In this document: in pieces, positions 1-11,817 of the stretch
Layout: every line of letters begins with the position of its first letter
Position numbering within the stretch: position 1 is the first letter of the stretch
Assembly: GCF_001194135.2 (NCBI RefSeq)
Contig: NC_068982.1
Span: forward strand, 63,706,908-63,770,907
DNA from: Octopus bimaculoides
Taxonomy: Eukaryota
Direction: 5' to 3'
DNA length: 64,000 nucleotides
Translations under genes and position numbers: made by a program
Notes under the pieces: generated by a model
What the model saw: the letters and a program-made list of their open reading frames with translations, nothing else
Databases searched by the model: none
Told to the model about the DNA's origin: nothing

Positions 1-787
1 ATTCATTCCGTTAGTGCGCATGCGGTAGGTATGATTATCTTTCTTTCACATTCTTCAACCGAGAAAGCCTATAATTAAATGCATTCCCGCCGTGGGTTTC
101 TGTTATTGGTTGTATTATCATTATTTGCTTATTTATTTTGTCTCTAGGCCCGTATTACACAATATGTCCTTCCTAATTTGTAACTTTAAGGATATATTTA
201 TATAATACTTGATGATTATGACGATCAGGCCAAGAATTATTATACGCAAGATTATTTTGAAGGCTAGCGATTGGAACATACACAGAGTAAGATCGAAGAA
301 AACAGATTACCAGAAAATATGGCTTCACTGATGAATACTGAGAAGATAAACAACCATATAAATTAAAAGTGTTACTTCAAATATAAAATAGTGTAATAGC
401 AAAGATAATGCAGCGCCTGACTGTATTTCGTTTATCTTATCTGAGTACATATCTCGCTGCTAGGTATAGGCTCTTGTATCACTCCAAGAGTGTTCAAAAT
501 AGGTATCAGTAATCTACTAACCCCTTTATAGGAACATAACGGTTGTAGTAGCAGTAATAAGAATTTATTGAAGTAGTAGCTACAGCTGCTCTGGAGTAAG
601 TAATTTCCGTTGATCATTTTAATTACAATATGTTTCTTAGCAATATTCGTGTACATTTGAGTCTACAATTATCAACGTGTATGTAAATGTGTATATGCAT
701 GTATGTGTGTGTGTGGTGCATGTGTGTGTGCATGTGTGTGTGCATGTGTGTGTGTGTGTGTGTGTGCATGTGTGTGTGCATGTGTGT

Positions 788-819
<32 letters not shown>

Positions 820-1087
820 ACATTACATCCTCATGCTAACAGAATAATAGTTGTCAAATAATTACCTTACAACAATTAACAATGTTTTACTAATTATTGT
901 AGCTTTGGTTATTTATGTCTCAGAATGGTAGACACATTTATATATTTCTTTCAGCTGTGGCTGTTTAGATCATGTAATCTATATTATTCTGCCGCCGTCT
1001 ATGTGTATATACAAAACAATTTTAGTATTTTTGCAAGACAATTGTTTGATAATCTATGGAACGAATTCAAATAAAGAAAGAAAGAAA

Positions 1088-1209
1088 GAAAGAAGAAGAA
1101 GAAGAAGAAGAAGAAGAAGAAGAAGAAGAAGAAGAAGAAGAAGAAGAAGAAGAAGAAGAAGAAGAAGAAGAAGAAGAAGAAGAAGAAGAAGAAGAAGAAG
1201 AAGAAGAAG
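1088..1209. repeat. Pure (GAA)n microsatellite, about 40 units
   Basis: Directly visible; source of the poly-E/R/S/F artefact ORFs at 999-1352. Confidence 0.98.
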
Positions 1210-1288
1210 GCAGCGGCAGGCGAAATACTATTAAGCATTTCGTCCAGCTTACTAACGATTCTACCGGCTCGCCGCCCCTATGCAATAA
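1209..1288 (-). mobile_element. CORE-type SINE, head fragment
   Basis: aagcatttcgtccagcttactaacgattctaccggctcgccgcc matches the reverse-complemented heads at 4600-4648 and 4855-4898. Confidence 0.7.
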
Positions 1289-1518
1289 CAGGCACTGGGT
1301 CTCATCTCGAATCACGAGAAGGAGTAATGGGGGTGGGGAGCAAACATCATAGCCATGAATTGAGAGGGATTCTTTTGGCTTCGAATAATTCCCCCAATAG
1401 AAACATAGGTGTTTCGTTCATCATCTTTAAACAACCATTATTCAGGGACCCTTTGAGCGGGATGGGCAACTTGACCTGAAGGAAATTCTAACTGGGTCCC
1501 ACCTACAAGATCGCTGGA

Positions 1519-1640
1519 CGTCGACTTTGCCTTTCATCCTTTCGGGGTTGATAAATTAAGTACCAGTTGAACACTGAGGTCGATGAAATCGACTAATCCC
1601 CTCTCCCAGAATTGCTGCCCTTTGGCAAAATTTGGAACTA
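1519..1640 (+). mobile_element. CORE-type SINE, core and tail (5' truncated)
   Basis: gtcgactttgcctttcatcctttcggggttgataaattaagtaccag core motif, shared with 33701-33918; ends in a (TAT)n tail. Confidence 0.85.
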
Positions 1641-1675
1641 TTATTATTATTATCATTATTATTATTATTATTATT

Positions 1676-2101
1676 CAGTAGTTTTATTTTTATAACGTGC
1701 TTTCACTTCACTACCGAGCGCAGCTCTGTGCGCCTTGGGTATGTGCTGTGGTTTGCTGTGGTGCTCTTATGTTTACTGTATTGAAAGTGTTTTGCATAGA
1801 ATGTGTGCAGTACCCAGTAGTGCAATTGTCTGTATGTTATATATATTTGTAAGTCCTGCTATTTTTGTTATGTATTTGTCTGAATATTTTTTTATTATAC
1901 CTAAGGCACCTACTATGATAGGAATTGTTTCTGTTTTTAGATTCCACATTCGAGTTATCTCTATTTCCAGGTCTTTTTATTTTGAAAGTTTTTCCATTTC
2001 TTTTAGAGAAACGTTGTCATCTGCTGGTATTGATACATCAATTAGAAAGCATTTTTTTTCTTCATGATCTTTGACAACTATATCTGGTCTATTTGCCTTA
2101 A
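1676..2101 (-). mobile_element. Dong/R4-clade non-LTR retrotransposon, 5'-truncated 3' end (REL endonuclease plus 3' UTR)
   Basis: Minus-strand translation of 2099-1773: KANRPDIVVKDHEEKKCFLIDVSIPADDNVSLKEMEKLSK*KDLEIEITRMWNLKTETIPIIVGALGIIKK...IALLGTAHILCKTLSIQ*. This is the RPD...D..IP...K..K REL motif with one stop; (TAA)n arrays flank both sides. Confidence 0.9.
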
Positions 2102-2111
2102 TTTATTATTA

Positions 2112-2176
<65 letters not shown>
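2101..2176. repeat. (TTA)n microsatellite
   Basis: Directly visible. Confidence 0.97.
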
Positions 2177-2178
<2 letters not shown>

Positions 2179-3271
2179 AACAAAAACCTATCCGATGCGA
2201 GACTTCTAATCATGTGATCGAAATAGTTATATTATACTTGTTCCTAAAGAACTCTCACGAACCAAAGTCCATAACCCCAAATCCTGATATATACCACATA
2301 ATTTTACTATAGAACAGGTGAAAACATGGCCTGCAAATCCTCGTTAAAAAGTGACTCATTTTATCAACAGGGTGTTTATACACCGTTTCTATAAGATATC
2401 ATCTGAAAGATGCTTTGTGCATGACACAACCGTCGATCCCACTCGTCTACTCTCTCGGTGTGTCTGTAGGTACGAATATGTTTATAGCACTACGAAAAAT
2501 CAATGAATTTTGTGGTCATCCCTTTTAGTTGTGGACATCTCGCTATTAAAACCTACCAAATTCTACAAATGCTATTGATTTCCAATCTCTGGATGATTTG
2601 TCCAGATAATTTCTTATCTCGTTGCCCGTATTTCTGGAAACCCCTTCTTGCCTCGGTGAGATTTGAACTGCAAATGTAAATAAACTAAAAGAACTAACGC
2701 AATGCTGACCCTCTGACGATGTGGCCAAGTCACTGCCAGAAATTCTGCATTAATAGTAAATATAATATTAGTATACTGAATTATTATTTATAGTACATTA
2801 ATAATGCGGCAAGAATGGAAGTTCTGAAACGATATCATTTTTACTGTTTACAAAAGGTCGTAAAGTTTAATGGATGTTTTTAACAATCCATTAAATGGAG
2901 CCCATTAATTGATTTACGCTCTACATCCTATTTTCTGAGTTACAACCCTGCCTACCTTGGACATTTACTTTCATCCTCCTGGGGTCGTACTGTACCACGG
3001 TTTAGTCATTCGACTATTATTTAGAATCAATAAAAGTATAAATTTTTCGGCGGTACACTTAAGTCTTAACCTTGGGTGATTTAACGGGCTGCAAGAATTT
3101 AAGGCAGATAACGAACATGGTACAAGAGTGGTGAATGACAGAATTTGTAACATTATACATATAAGAGAAATAAGTATTGCATGGCAACCGCAATAATTAT
3201 ATTCTATTCAAGAACAAAGCTCAAAGAAATCTGCCTGCATTAGTGCATGCGTTTGTATGACTATGCGTGTG

Positions 3272-3323
<52 letters not shown>

Positions 3324-4455
3324 NNNNNNNNNNNNNNNNNNNNNNNNNNNNNNNNNNNNNNNNNNNNNNNNNNNNNNNNNNNNNNNNNNNNNNNNNNNNN
3401 NNGTGTGCGTGCGCGTATGTTCGTACCTATATGTGTGTGTGTGCGTAAATTCCAAGCTGAACGGCAAAAAAGAAATCATGGATGCAATCATATGGCTTTT
3501 AATAATTTTAATAAGACGACCTTTCCGATAGTAAATAAATTACATTAGCAAAATTAAGTTAATGCAATATTACAAAAATTTAAAAAAATACACCAGAACG
3601 AGAAGTAATTAGAAATATTTTGTTGAATATCTCAAACCATTTGGTAAGGAATTTTTTTTTAAATTAGAAGCTAACTGTATAACCGACATTAAGTTCTGTA
3701 TTATGAAGTATGGAATATTTGCTCTCCATAACAGAAGCTTATACGTAACAATGGTGATTTATATTGTTGATACAATACCGCACGATGCTGGAAACGGGAT
3801 TAGTCAACCACGGCTCTACTTGCAAGTATATTTCATTGGTTCCGTTCCCTGTCAGATATGACATTTCGGTTTTTACACTACCGTTTTAGTTACTAAACCG
3901 CATTCACCGAAACATTGATAAGAATTTTTTTTTTTTTTTTTTTTGTATTAGCAAAGGTCACACATTTTTGAGAGGAAGGCAAAAGTCGATTGAAATGAAG
4001 AACTGAAGGCAAATTTTGTTCCTGCAGAGTTTGATCTCAGATGTCATGAAATGGAACGAAATGTCTGGTAGTTTGCTAGTTCTACCACTCAACCACATTC
4101 ACTTTTATGTGATTCGTATAGCACTGTGACAGAAGTTTGAGAGTGGGTATAACAAAATGCAGTTGACCAAAGAATGAGACTTTATAGATACTGAGGGCAG
4201 GGAGAAAAGCAAATGTGCACTCATGTGGTTTAAACTCAAAATACGAAAGAAATCGTTGACAAAAAGATATCTACATAACGTTTTTTGCAGGTTAAATAAA
4301 CTAAATATATCAAACGGCTTTTAGAGAGCCCGAGTTAATAGCTGAAGGCCTGCTAGAATCAGAAACTACATTTTCCTTTACTTTCACCTTACTGCCTTAA
4401 ACAGAGAAAGATTCATTAAATAAGGTGGTTGCTTGTATATAATAAGATATACTAC

Positions 4456-4648
4456 CTCCAATCATAGGACAGCTCGTTAAGAACTGACCCGGAGCAAGTC
4501 GATTAGATCGACCCTTGTACGCAACTGGTACTTAATTTATCGACCTCGAAAAGATTAAAGACAAAGTCGATCTCGGCGGAATTTGACAGACGAAATACAC
4601 TAAGCATTTCGCCCGGCGTGCTAACGTTTCTTCTAGCTCGCCGCCTTA
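4456..4648 (-). mobile_element. CORE-type SINE
   Basis: Reverse complement of head taaggcggcgagctagaagaaacgttagcacgccgggcgaaatg and of the core (ggtacttaatttatcgacc). Confidence 0.85.
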
Positions 4649-4665
4649 GAAACAACAAAAATATT

Positions 4666-4898
4666 TATTTCTTTATTGCCCACAAGGGGCTAAACATAGA
4701 AGGAACAAACAAGGACAAACAAAGGGATCAAGTCGATAACATCGACCCCAGTGCGTAACTGGTACTTATTTAATCAACCCCGAATGGATGAAAGGCAAAG
4801 TCGACCTCGGCAGAATTTGAATTCAGAACGTAAAGACAGACGAAACACCGTAAGTATTTCGTCCGGCGTGTTAACGCTTCTGCCAGATAGCCGCCTTA
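4666..4898 (-). mobile_element. CORE-type SINE, full length
   Basis: Head, B-box (ttctgaattcaaattc), core and tail present; flanked by the 17 bp direct repeat gaaacaac(a/g)aaaatatt at 4649-4665 and 4899-4915. Confidence 0.9.
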
Positions 4899-4929
4899 GA
4901 AACAACGAAAATATTGCTTTCAAATGAAG

Positions 4930-5012
4930 CTATAGCAGAAGTCACTTGGCACGCAGTGTGACTGAACCTGGAACCACGTGTTTGGAAAGCAAGCTTCTTA
5001 ACACACAGCCTG
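4930..5012 (-). mobile_element. Family A SINE, head fragment
   Basis: cacgcagtgtgactgaacctggaaccacgtgtttggaaagcaagcttcttaacacacagcc resembles the reverse complement of the 11392 head. Confidence 0.7.
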
Positions 5013-6584
5013 ATTGAGTGCGTGTGTGTGTGTGTGTGTGTTTGTGTGGTTGTAGTGTGTGTATGTGTGTGTGTGTGTGTAAGGTGAAGCACTTAACCAT
5101 TACCTAAATAGGAAAGGGGGAAGGGAAACTGCTATAATGAAATGAGCATGGAAAGTATGTATATGTGCAGTTAGCTCGGAAGTCTCTACCAATAGAGTCT
5201 CCTGAGCTGGCTACAAAACGGAAATAGAAAGAGTATGATAGTTCCAAGCTGTTAGCTTAGTACTGATTCATTCAGCTTTGTAAGAATGAACATGAAAAGA
5301 TAAATATTGCAACATATCAAAAGTATCTTTTGATATAAAGTATATTAGAAATAGTGATGAATAGATTAAAATTGCAAATCGACAGAGAGAAACAGGAGAG
5401 GGAGAGTCTCTCTGATTGTTCTTGATAAATAGTTTAGTATTATTCAATTCACTCAGATGATGGGTACATGTCGAATTAATGATGACATTTAGTAAAGGTG
5501 CCCGGTGTAACATTTGGTTAGTTTGTAGATTTATTAAGGTTTTTGCGTGTAAGGCTCTTCTCGGCTATGCACTTCCCACAACCTCTAGGTCTTGTGTCCC
5601 ATCTTTGTAGGGTTTGCATATCGTCCGATTTATGCTGAAATCAGTAACATATTATTTTAAAATTCAGGTATAGATGCATAGTTTTGTTGTATTCTACTCT
5701 TCTTCATTTCTGAAGAAAAACGAACTGTTATTGTATATTATTTAAATTTAACTTCCACCTACTTTACGTAGAATTTAATCAATAAAATTGTCTCCAAAAC
5801 ATTTCTCCATCACACCCCATACGACAATGTTAATGCCCCTCCATTCAAACCCCCCAAAAAAACAAGGAAAGTTTAATTTCAAGAGAGACTATATAAGCCA
5901 GGATTACCTTCGTCAGGCGTTGGGTTAGCTGCCCGAAACTTCGAAGTCACTGTCGATAATATTCTAGTTTTTAGGAATATATATATATATANNNNNNNNN
6001 NNNNNNNNNNNNNNNNNNNNNNNNNNNNNNNNNNNNNNNNNNNNNNNNNNNNNNNNNNNNNNNNNNNNNNNNNNNNNNNNNNNNNNNNNNNNNNNNNNNN
6101 NNNNNNNNNNNNNNNNNNNNNNNNNNNNNNNNNNNNNNNNNNNNNNNNNNNNNNNNNNNNNNNNNNNNNNNNNNNNNNNNNNNNNNNNNNNNNNNNNNNN
6201 NNNNNNNNNNNNNNNNNNNNNNNNNNNNNNNNNNNNNNNNNNNNNNNNNNNNNNNNNNNNNNNNNNNNNNNNNNNNNNNNNNNNNNNNNNNNNNNNNNNN
6301 NNNNNNNNNNNNNNNNNNNNNNNNNNNNNNNNNNNNNNNNNNNNNNNNNNNNNNNNNNNNNNNNNNNNNNNNNNNNNNNNNNNNNNNNNNNNNNNNNNNN
6401 NNNNNNNNNNNNNNNNNNNNNNNNNNNNNNNNNNNNNNNNNNNNNNNNNNNNNNNNNNNNNNNNNNNNNNNNNNNNNNNNNNNNNNNNNNNNNNNNNNNN
6501 NNNNNNNNNNNNNNNNNNNNNNNNNNNNNNNNNNNNNGTGTATTTCTTAAATGGGTCATAAACACCTTCCACGCTGCAATTGTA

Positions 6585-6624
<40 letters not shown>

Positions 6625-6763
6625 AATTATACATTTCTAAATCTTTCAGAGAGATTTAGAAATGTATTATTTCTATTTTTGAAATCAGTGAATGTATTTC
6701 ACTAGAATTATTATATGTTTACGAGAGCTTGACAGGCATCTCTAACTATCAGGCCATTGCTAC

Positions 6764-6806
6764 TCCAGACCGATGACGAGAAAGGACTCAGAAACTAGTC
6801 TCTGGA
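6764..6806 (+). ncRNA. Type I hammerhead ribozyme motif (U4C variant), palindromic stem III
   Basis: tccaga-CCGATGA-cgag aaagga ctca-GAAA-CTAG-TC-tctgga: stem I tccaga/tctgga, stem II gag/ctc, stem III palindrome ACTAGT, GUC cleavage triplet. Confidence 0.65.
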
Positions 6807-7039
6807 TGCAGGCTTAGCAACGTGGAGATGCTTGTCTCCACCTTGTAAGCATAAGGATACAGGAAATGCGTCAAGGCCAACAGGAATCGATGCAGCTTTC
6901 TAGGGCTAAATAGCAGTAGTATTATTCCCTTTATGGCACTGTCACATTAAGTTGACAGCATACAACTACTTTATATATAAATATATAATGTATACGTAAT
7001 CATTTCGGACTACATTGCTATGTAGTCCGAAATGATTAC

Positions 7040-7830
7040 GTATTGTTATGTAGTCCGAAAGCATTACGCATTTCGGATCACATAATAACATAAAAACAGT
7101 TGATGCAATACTTGGTTAAGATTTGTTGGTATTTTGCCCTTGGATATTTTTTAAATACATCTCTTAAGTTACTTTACCTTGTTCATCAGAATGTATCCCG
7201 TTTTTGATAGACTTTTTAAACGCGTGCTCCAGTTCAGACGCCCTAATTGTGGTTCAGTGAGTAAACGCCTCACAAAAACATTTTGAACATTGCTAGTCGA
7301 ACTACTGACTTGAATGGAATTCGCCATTTGTCAACTTTGTCTCATTCGATTTATCATCATCTCCATAGGATATACCACATCTATGCGCCCGTGATCAAGA
7401 AGTTCAGCAGACCTTCTGCTTAATTCTAGCTATCGACTGTAGCAACCTCACAGAAATTCTTCCGATGGACCATGTGTCATTGCTAATTGGCTGATGGGGC
7501 TCACCTTTTTGTACAGCATGGCTGTAAATGTCACTAATAATATACTTCATGCCATGATTTTCAAAGTTCATACCTTAGTCATTTTGTCAGAAGCTATATT
7601 GAACAGCTGCAGCGTCCATGATGTTGCAGCCAGTAGCCACGTACTTTTTTCATTGGTGAAACAAGAACCGCGAAAACTCTGCAATATTTAGCACTGTCTG
7701 CAGTGACCGTACTCTTTCCCTCATTTTAAGAGAATTTTCTAAAGTAGATGCTTTTGTTCATAGTAGTTCTTGTAAGAGCTACGACTAGTTGATTTCTGCA
7801 GTCTTGTTTTAACTGATTTTTCGACGTTCA
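7040..7830 (-). mobile_element. Highly degraded Tc1-like transposase remnant
   Basis: Minus-strand frames give W-ANS...VRRLL...ELEHAFKK...LKRCI*KISKG, loosely matching Tc1 C-termini. A TIR-like hairpin lies at 6993-7042; no partner TIR was found. Confidence 0.4.
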
Positions 7831-9039
7831 TCACGCTTTAGTCGAGTCATTATTGTCTAGAAGTGAAAAGGAATAGGAAAACACCTGCCAAACAATGTGT
7901 TATAGTCTAAAATTAAGGGAAAAAGTTGACCAGTATATACGCGTCTAGCAGAAGATCTATAAAAAGTTAAACATTTTAATCACAGCCAGAAACTCACACA
8001 TACTTTTTGTTTGAAAAAGCATGACCAGCACTATAAGAAAATTGCGAAAAATAATAATTTCGTTTCCCATCATATTCATGTTGGAACACAGTCACTAAAT
8101 ATTAAAGCTTTGAAAATCATCAAAAATCTTTACTTGTAAACCTTCTCATACTAAATACCCAATTTTATAATCCCAACAAGAAATTCACACATACTAAAAC
8201 CAATCTGAAAACATGCATACTGAATTATAGAAATAATTTTGTATCCTTTCATGCTGGAGCTCCTCTGTGTACATAGATGTTGTGATTGAGCAAAAGATCC
8301 AGGGGAAAGAAGGGTCCACACCGAGTTTGTGACATCCTATTTCAGTTGAATTACAGCTGACAAATTACTTATAATTTCTTTCGAGAGTAACTTGACCATC
8401 AGCTTGCTTCCAATTACATGATTGCCTGTTAGTATAGTATACTCTGATCACAGGTAGTTTGTTTATTATTTGACAAACAAACTACTTGTGACAAGAATTC
8501 ACATGAATTCGTGTCGCAAAAGAAATCATGTGATCTCTTGTGTGGCAGGAAATACAAACTGCTGCTAGGAATGATTCCCATGTTTTTGTGTAACTTGATA
8601 AAACAGTTATGCTTTCAAATAGATGTATTTTATTACACATGTACCAAAAGTGTTGGGGAGTTGACTATGAGATCATCAAGGAACATGACTTTGTGAGTCG
8701 TGTTTTAGTACTTATCCTCATCCGGACCTTACTTCTATAAAAATAAATTCTCCATGGATGGATGTTCACCAACATGCAGAAACTGAGAAATTTATTCACC
8801 AAACCTTTTCAACCAAATAACCAATTTATCAATAAATTATAACTCCAATGTGGCCAACAGTGGCTTAATATAATGCAAAGCCATATGTTTCAACACAGTT
8901 TTCATGTTTTCTGTGTATGGATAAAAGTTATCAAAATTTTAATTTACCACAACTTTACATATCCAGAAGAGTTAAAACACTCAAAACAGTCCATTTCAGA
9001 GGTATTTATATCATGTTTACCTGAAGTTTTTATTCAATC

Positions 9040-9390
9040 ACCTTTCAGACTTACTGAGTACACAGACTTACTGGAAATTTTTGTACTCATTTCTGACTTC
9101 CAAAATAGGTTGATACTCCTTAATAGACATAACTTCATCCTACACATGTCGTGACATGTCTAGGAAACAGTAATGCATAGTTTTCACAAAATACATGACT
9201 TTCAGAGTTACAAATCATATAGAACAAGAATCCTACCCTTTTACTTTAGTTACCATTAGATTGTTCAACAAACTTTTGATTTTTAAAGGTGTTTCCTCAA
9301 AAACATCAACCAAAACATAGCATACTGCGGTGTTGATTCAATCTAACAGGATTCAAATAAACTTGTAAAGATATGCCAGTTACAAAGTTT
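9040..9390 (+). mobile_element. Degraded CR1/L2-type LINE reverse transcriptase fragment
   Basis: SFLTSKIG* (cf. ISLTSxxxK) and HDFQSYKSYRTRIL (cf. HGFRxxRSCxTNLL) occur in the expected order, with stops and frameshifts. Confidence 0.5.
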
Positions 9391-10724
9391 CAGTTTTGTT
9401 CAAGACTTCTGTAAGAAACTACGGGAATTTTTAATATAATATCCGAACAAGGGTGCTTGTGTCCGAAATATGGATCATACACGTCATATACATAAATATA
9501 CATACACACATAGATACATACATACATACATACATACATACATACATGCACGTGCGTGCACACACACACATACACACACACACACACATATATATGTATA
9601 TGTGTGAGTGCACGTGTGTACGTGTGTGTGTATTAATCGAAGTATACAGATAAAGAGAAGATTAAAGAGATAAACATTTATCTACCGTTTAACTTGAACC
9701 AATTTCGCAAGGTTACAAAATGCTATTAATCTGGTTTATTGATACTTGTCACAAGCTGTTACCTTTACCCGTTTAATGCAGCTCCTTATTACTTTGAATT
9801 TCAAAGAGAAATATACAATGAATTATGACAGCCAAAGCTATAAAATTTTAATGTTCTCGATGGTCGTCTTCGTAAATTGTAATAAAATGTCAGTATCAAG
9901 TAATGTAGTTGTAAGAAAGTCAACGTACTAAAAGAAAAGACATTTTAAAAAATAACAATGTCTGCAGATAAGATATATCTTCTCGTGAAAGAAAAAACTA
10001 AGCAAGAACATGCATGACATAGTTTCCTCGATGAAACATTCTAGATTTTAAGAGAAATGTAAATATGGCTAAGAGTAAATCGAAGAAACGAAACCTATTT
10101 CTATACCAATATATTAACAGACATAGCTAAGCACTTTCAATATAGGTAAATCTCGAAAGAGAACACTCGAGGGATTATAGAAGTTGTAGAATAGTACAAA
10201 GAGTTCAGAATTGCAGTAGGTCAAGGAGAAAATCAATAAATTAATAATTCCAAAAGTGAAACGTAATAGAATTTAAAGAAATAAACAGTAAATTGAAAGT
10301 TAAGAGGTAGGTCGCCATTTTGAATGGTCAGGTGACTTCACAACCAAACAAAACAATGACATATATTATGGGAAGTATTATGAGTAGCTATGGAACAATA
10401 TTCGTACAATTGGTGTGTGTGTCTGTGTGTCTGTGTATATGTATGTTTGTATATATGTATGTGTATATACATATATATATGTGTGTGTGTGTGTGTTTGC
10501 ATGTATTTTGGGTGCGGTGTGTGTTTCAAGTGAGGGTGGATGAGTATATACATATAGGCACATGTGCGTGGGTGTGCGGGCGCGCATGTGTATGTATGGA
10601 AATGCGCGCTTACGCGATTGCTATGAACATTTTTATTCCCTTACCTTTACTCCCTCCCCTTACTTAGCGGTCATTCTAATAGCTCTTTTGTCTTAATAAC
10701 GGTATATAACAATTAAATCCGTGA

Positions 10725-11200
10725 GTGAACAATGTCCCAGTGAAAACATCAAAAAAATATAAACACAATTGACCTGATATAATGATTTGGGATAGAGAAG
10801 AGAAACTGTATACAGTTGTGGAAATCAGCTGCCCAGTGGATGTTGTCATAAAGCTGAAGATCAGTGAAAAAGAGAATACCTATACTGGACTATTGAGAAA
10901 TTTTCAGTTACTTCATCCAGTTTCCAAGTCCAGGTGTATACCTGAAATTATTAAGGGACTGGGATATGTAACACACTGACTCAATACCAATCTTGAGAAA
11001 TTGGGCTTCTCAAAACTAGACAGAGAAAGCTAATTCGAAGGCTACAAATCCAAACCATCAGTAGAACTATAAAAATCTGTAAAACATTCCAGAAGTTTAT
11101 CATTTAAGTATATGAGTATGTCAAGATATGCAACTACATGCATGAAAATACATACATAAAACAAAACATACAATCCTGCACCTACACATACATACCTACA
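10725..11200 (+). mobile_element. R4-like non-LTR retrotransposon 3' end (REL endonuclease), family 2
   Basis: NVPVKTSKKYKHN*PDIMIWDREEKLYTVVEISCPVDVVIKLKISEKENTY...IIKGLGYVTH*L..NLEKLGFSK..KLIRRLQIQTISRTIKICKTFQKFII*; ends in (TACA)n. Confidence 0.85.
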
Positions 11201-11256
11201 TACATACATACATACATACATACATACATACATACATACATACATACATACATGCA
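11186..11256. repeat. (TACA)n microsatellite
   Basis: Directly visible. Confidence 0.95.
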
Positions 11257-11391
11257 TGCAAAAATACCCTGTTGCTGATGTTGAAATTTCAATGCAGAAG
11301 CTTTGGATCTAGATTAGAAACGGACTTTTTCACTATTGGCAAGAAATCTTGATATAAAACTGAATAATAGCATACTTACATACAAACACGT

Positions 11392-11805
11392 AGGCGCAGG
11401 AGTGGCTCTGTGGTAAGTAGCTTGCTTACCAACCATATGGTTCCGAGTTCAGTCCCACTGCGTGGCACCTTGGGCAAGTGTCTTCTACTATAGCCTCGGG
11501 CCGACCAAAGCCTTGTGAGTGGATTTGGTAGACGGAAACTGAAAGAAGCCTGTCGTATATATGTATATATATATATATGTGTGTTTGTGTGTCTGTGTTT
11601 GTCACCCCACCATCGCTTGACAACCGATGGTGGTGTGTTTACGTCCCTGTAACTTAGCGGTTCGGCAAAAAGAGACCGATAGAATAAGTACTAGGCTTAC
11701 AAAGAATAAGTCCTGGGGTCGATTAGCTCGACTAAAGGCGGTGTTCCAGCATGTCCGCAGTTAAATGACTGAAACAAGTAAAAGAGTAAAAGAGTAAAGA
11801 GTAAA
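11392..11805 (+). mobile_element. tRNA-derived SINE family A, full length, with internal TA/TG microsatellite
   Basis: Head ggcgcaggagtggctctgtggtaag (A-box) and ggttccgagttcagtccc (B-box); conserved body; (agtaaa)n tail. At least 7 other copies occur in the window. Confidence 0.93.
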
Positions 11806-11817
11806 CACGCTTGTGTA

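Noticed and set aside
300-620. CTGATGA at about 328 and tacagctgct at about 581
   Set aside because: Too far apart, wrong arrangement and no GAAA; not assignable to any element.
999-1352. Poly-E, poly-R, poly-S and poly-F ORFs
   Set aside because: All are translations of the (GAA)n tract.
2700-2750. CTGACGA...GAAA spacing
   Set aside because: Stem II is out of register and there is no valid stem III or stem I.
5880-5955. Hammerhead-like halves: CTGACGA-agg taat cct on minus, and ggg..ccc-GAAACTTCGAAGTC on plus
   Set aside because: The halves are on opposite strands; neither strand has both core segments or a closing stem I.
5879-6634. Long ORFs spanning N runs (also at 12574, 19506, 22641, 37368, 46333, 49284, 55399)
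   Set aside because: Their length comes from assembly gaps and dinucleotide repeats.
11392-11465. tRNA gene
   Set aside because: The A/B boxes belong to a SINE head that continues into the SINE body; no complete cloverleaf.
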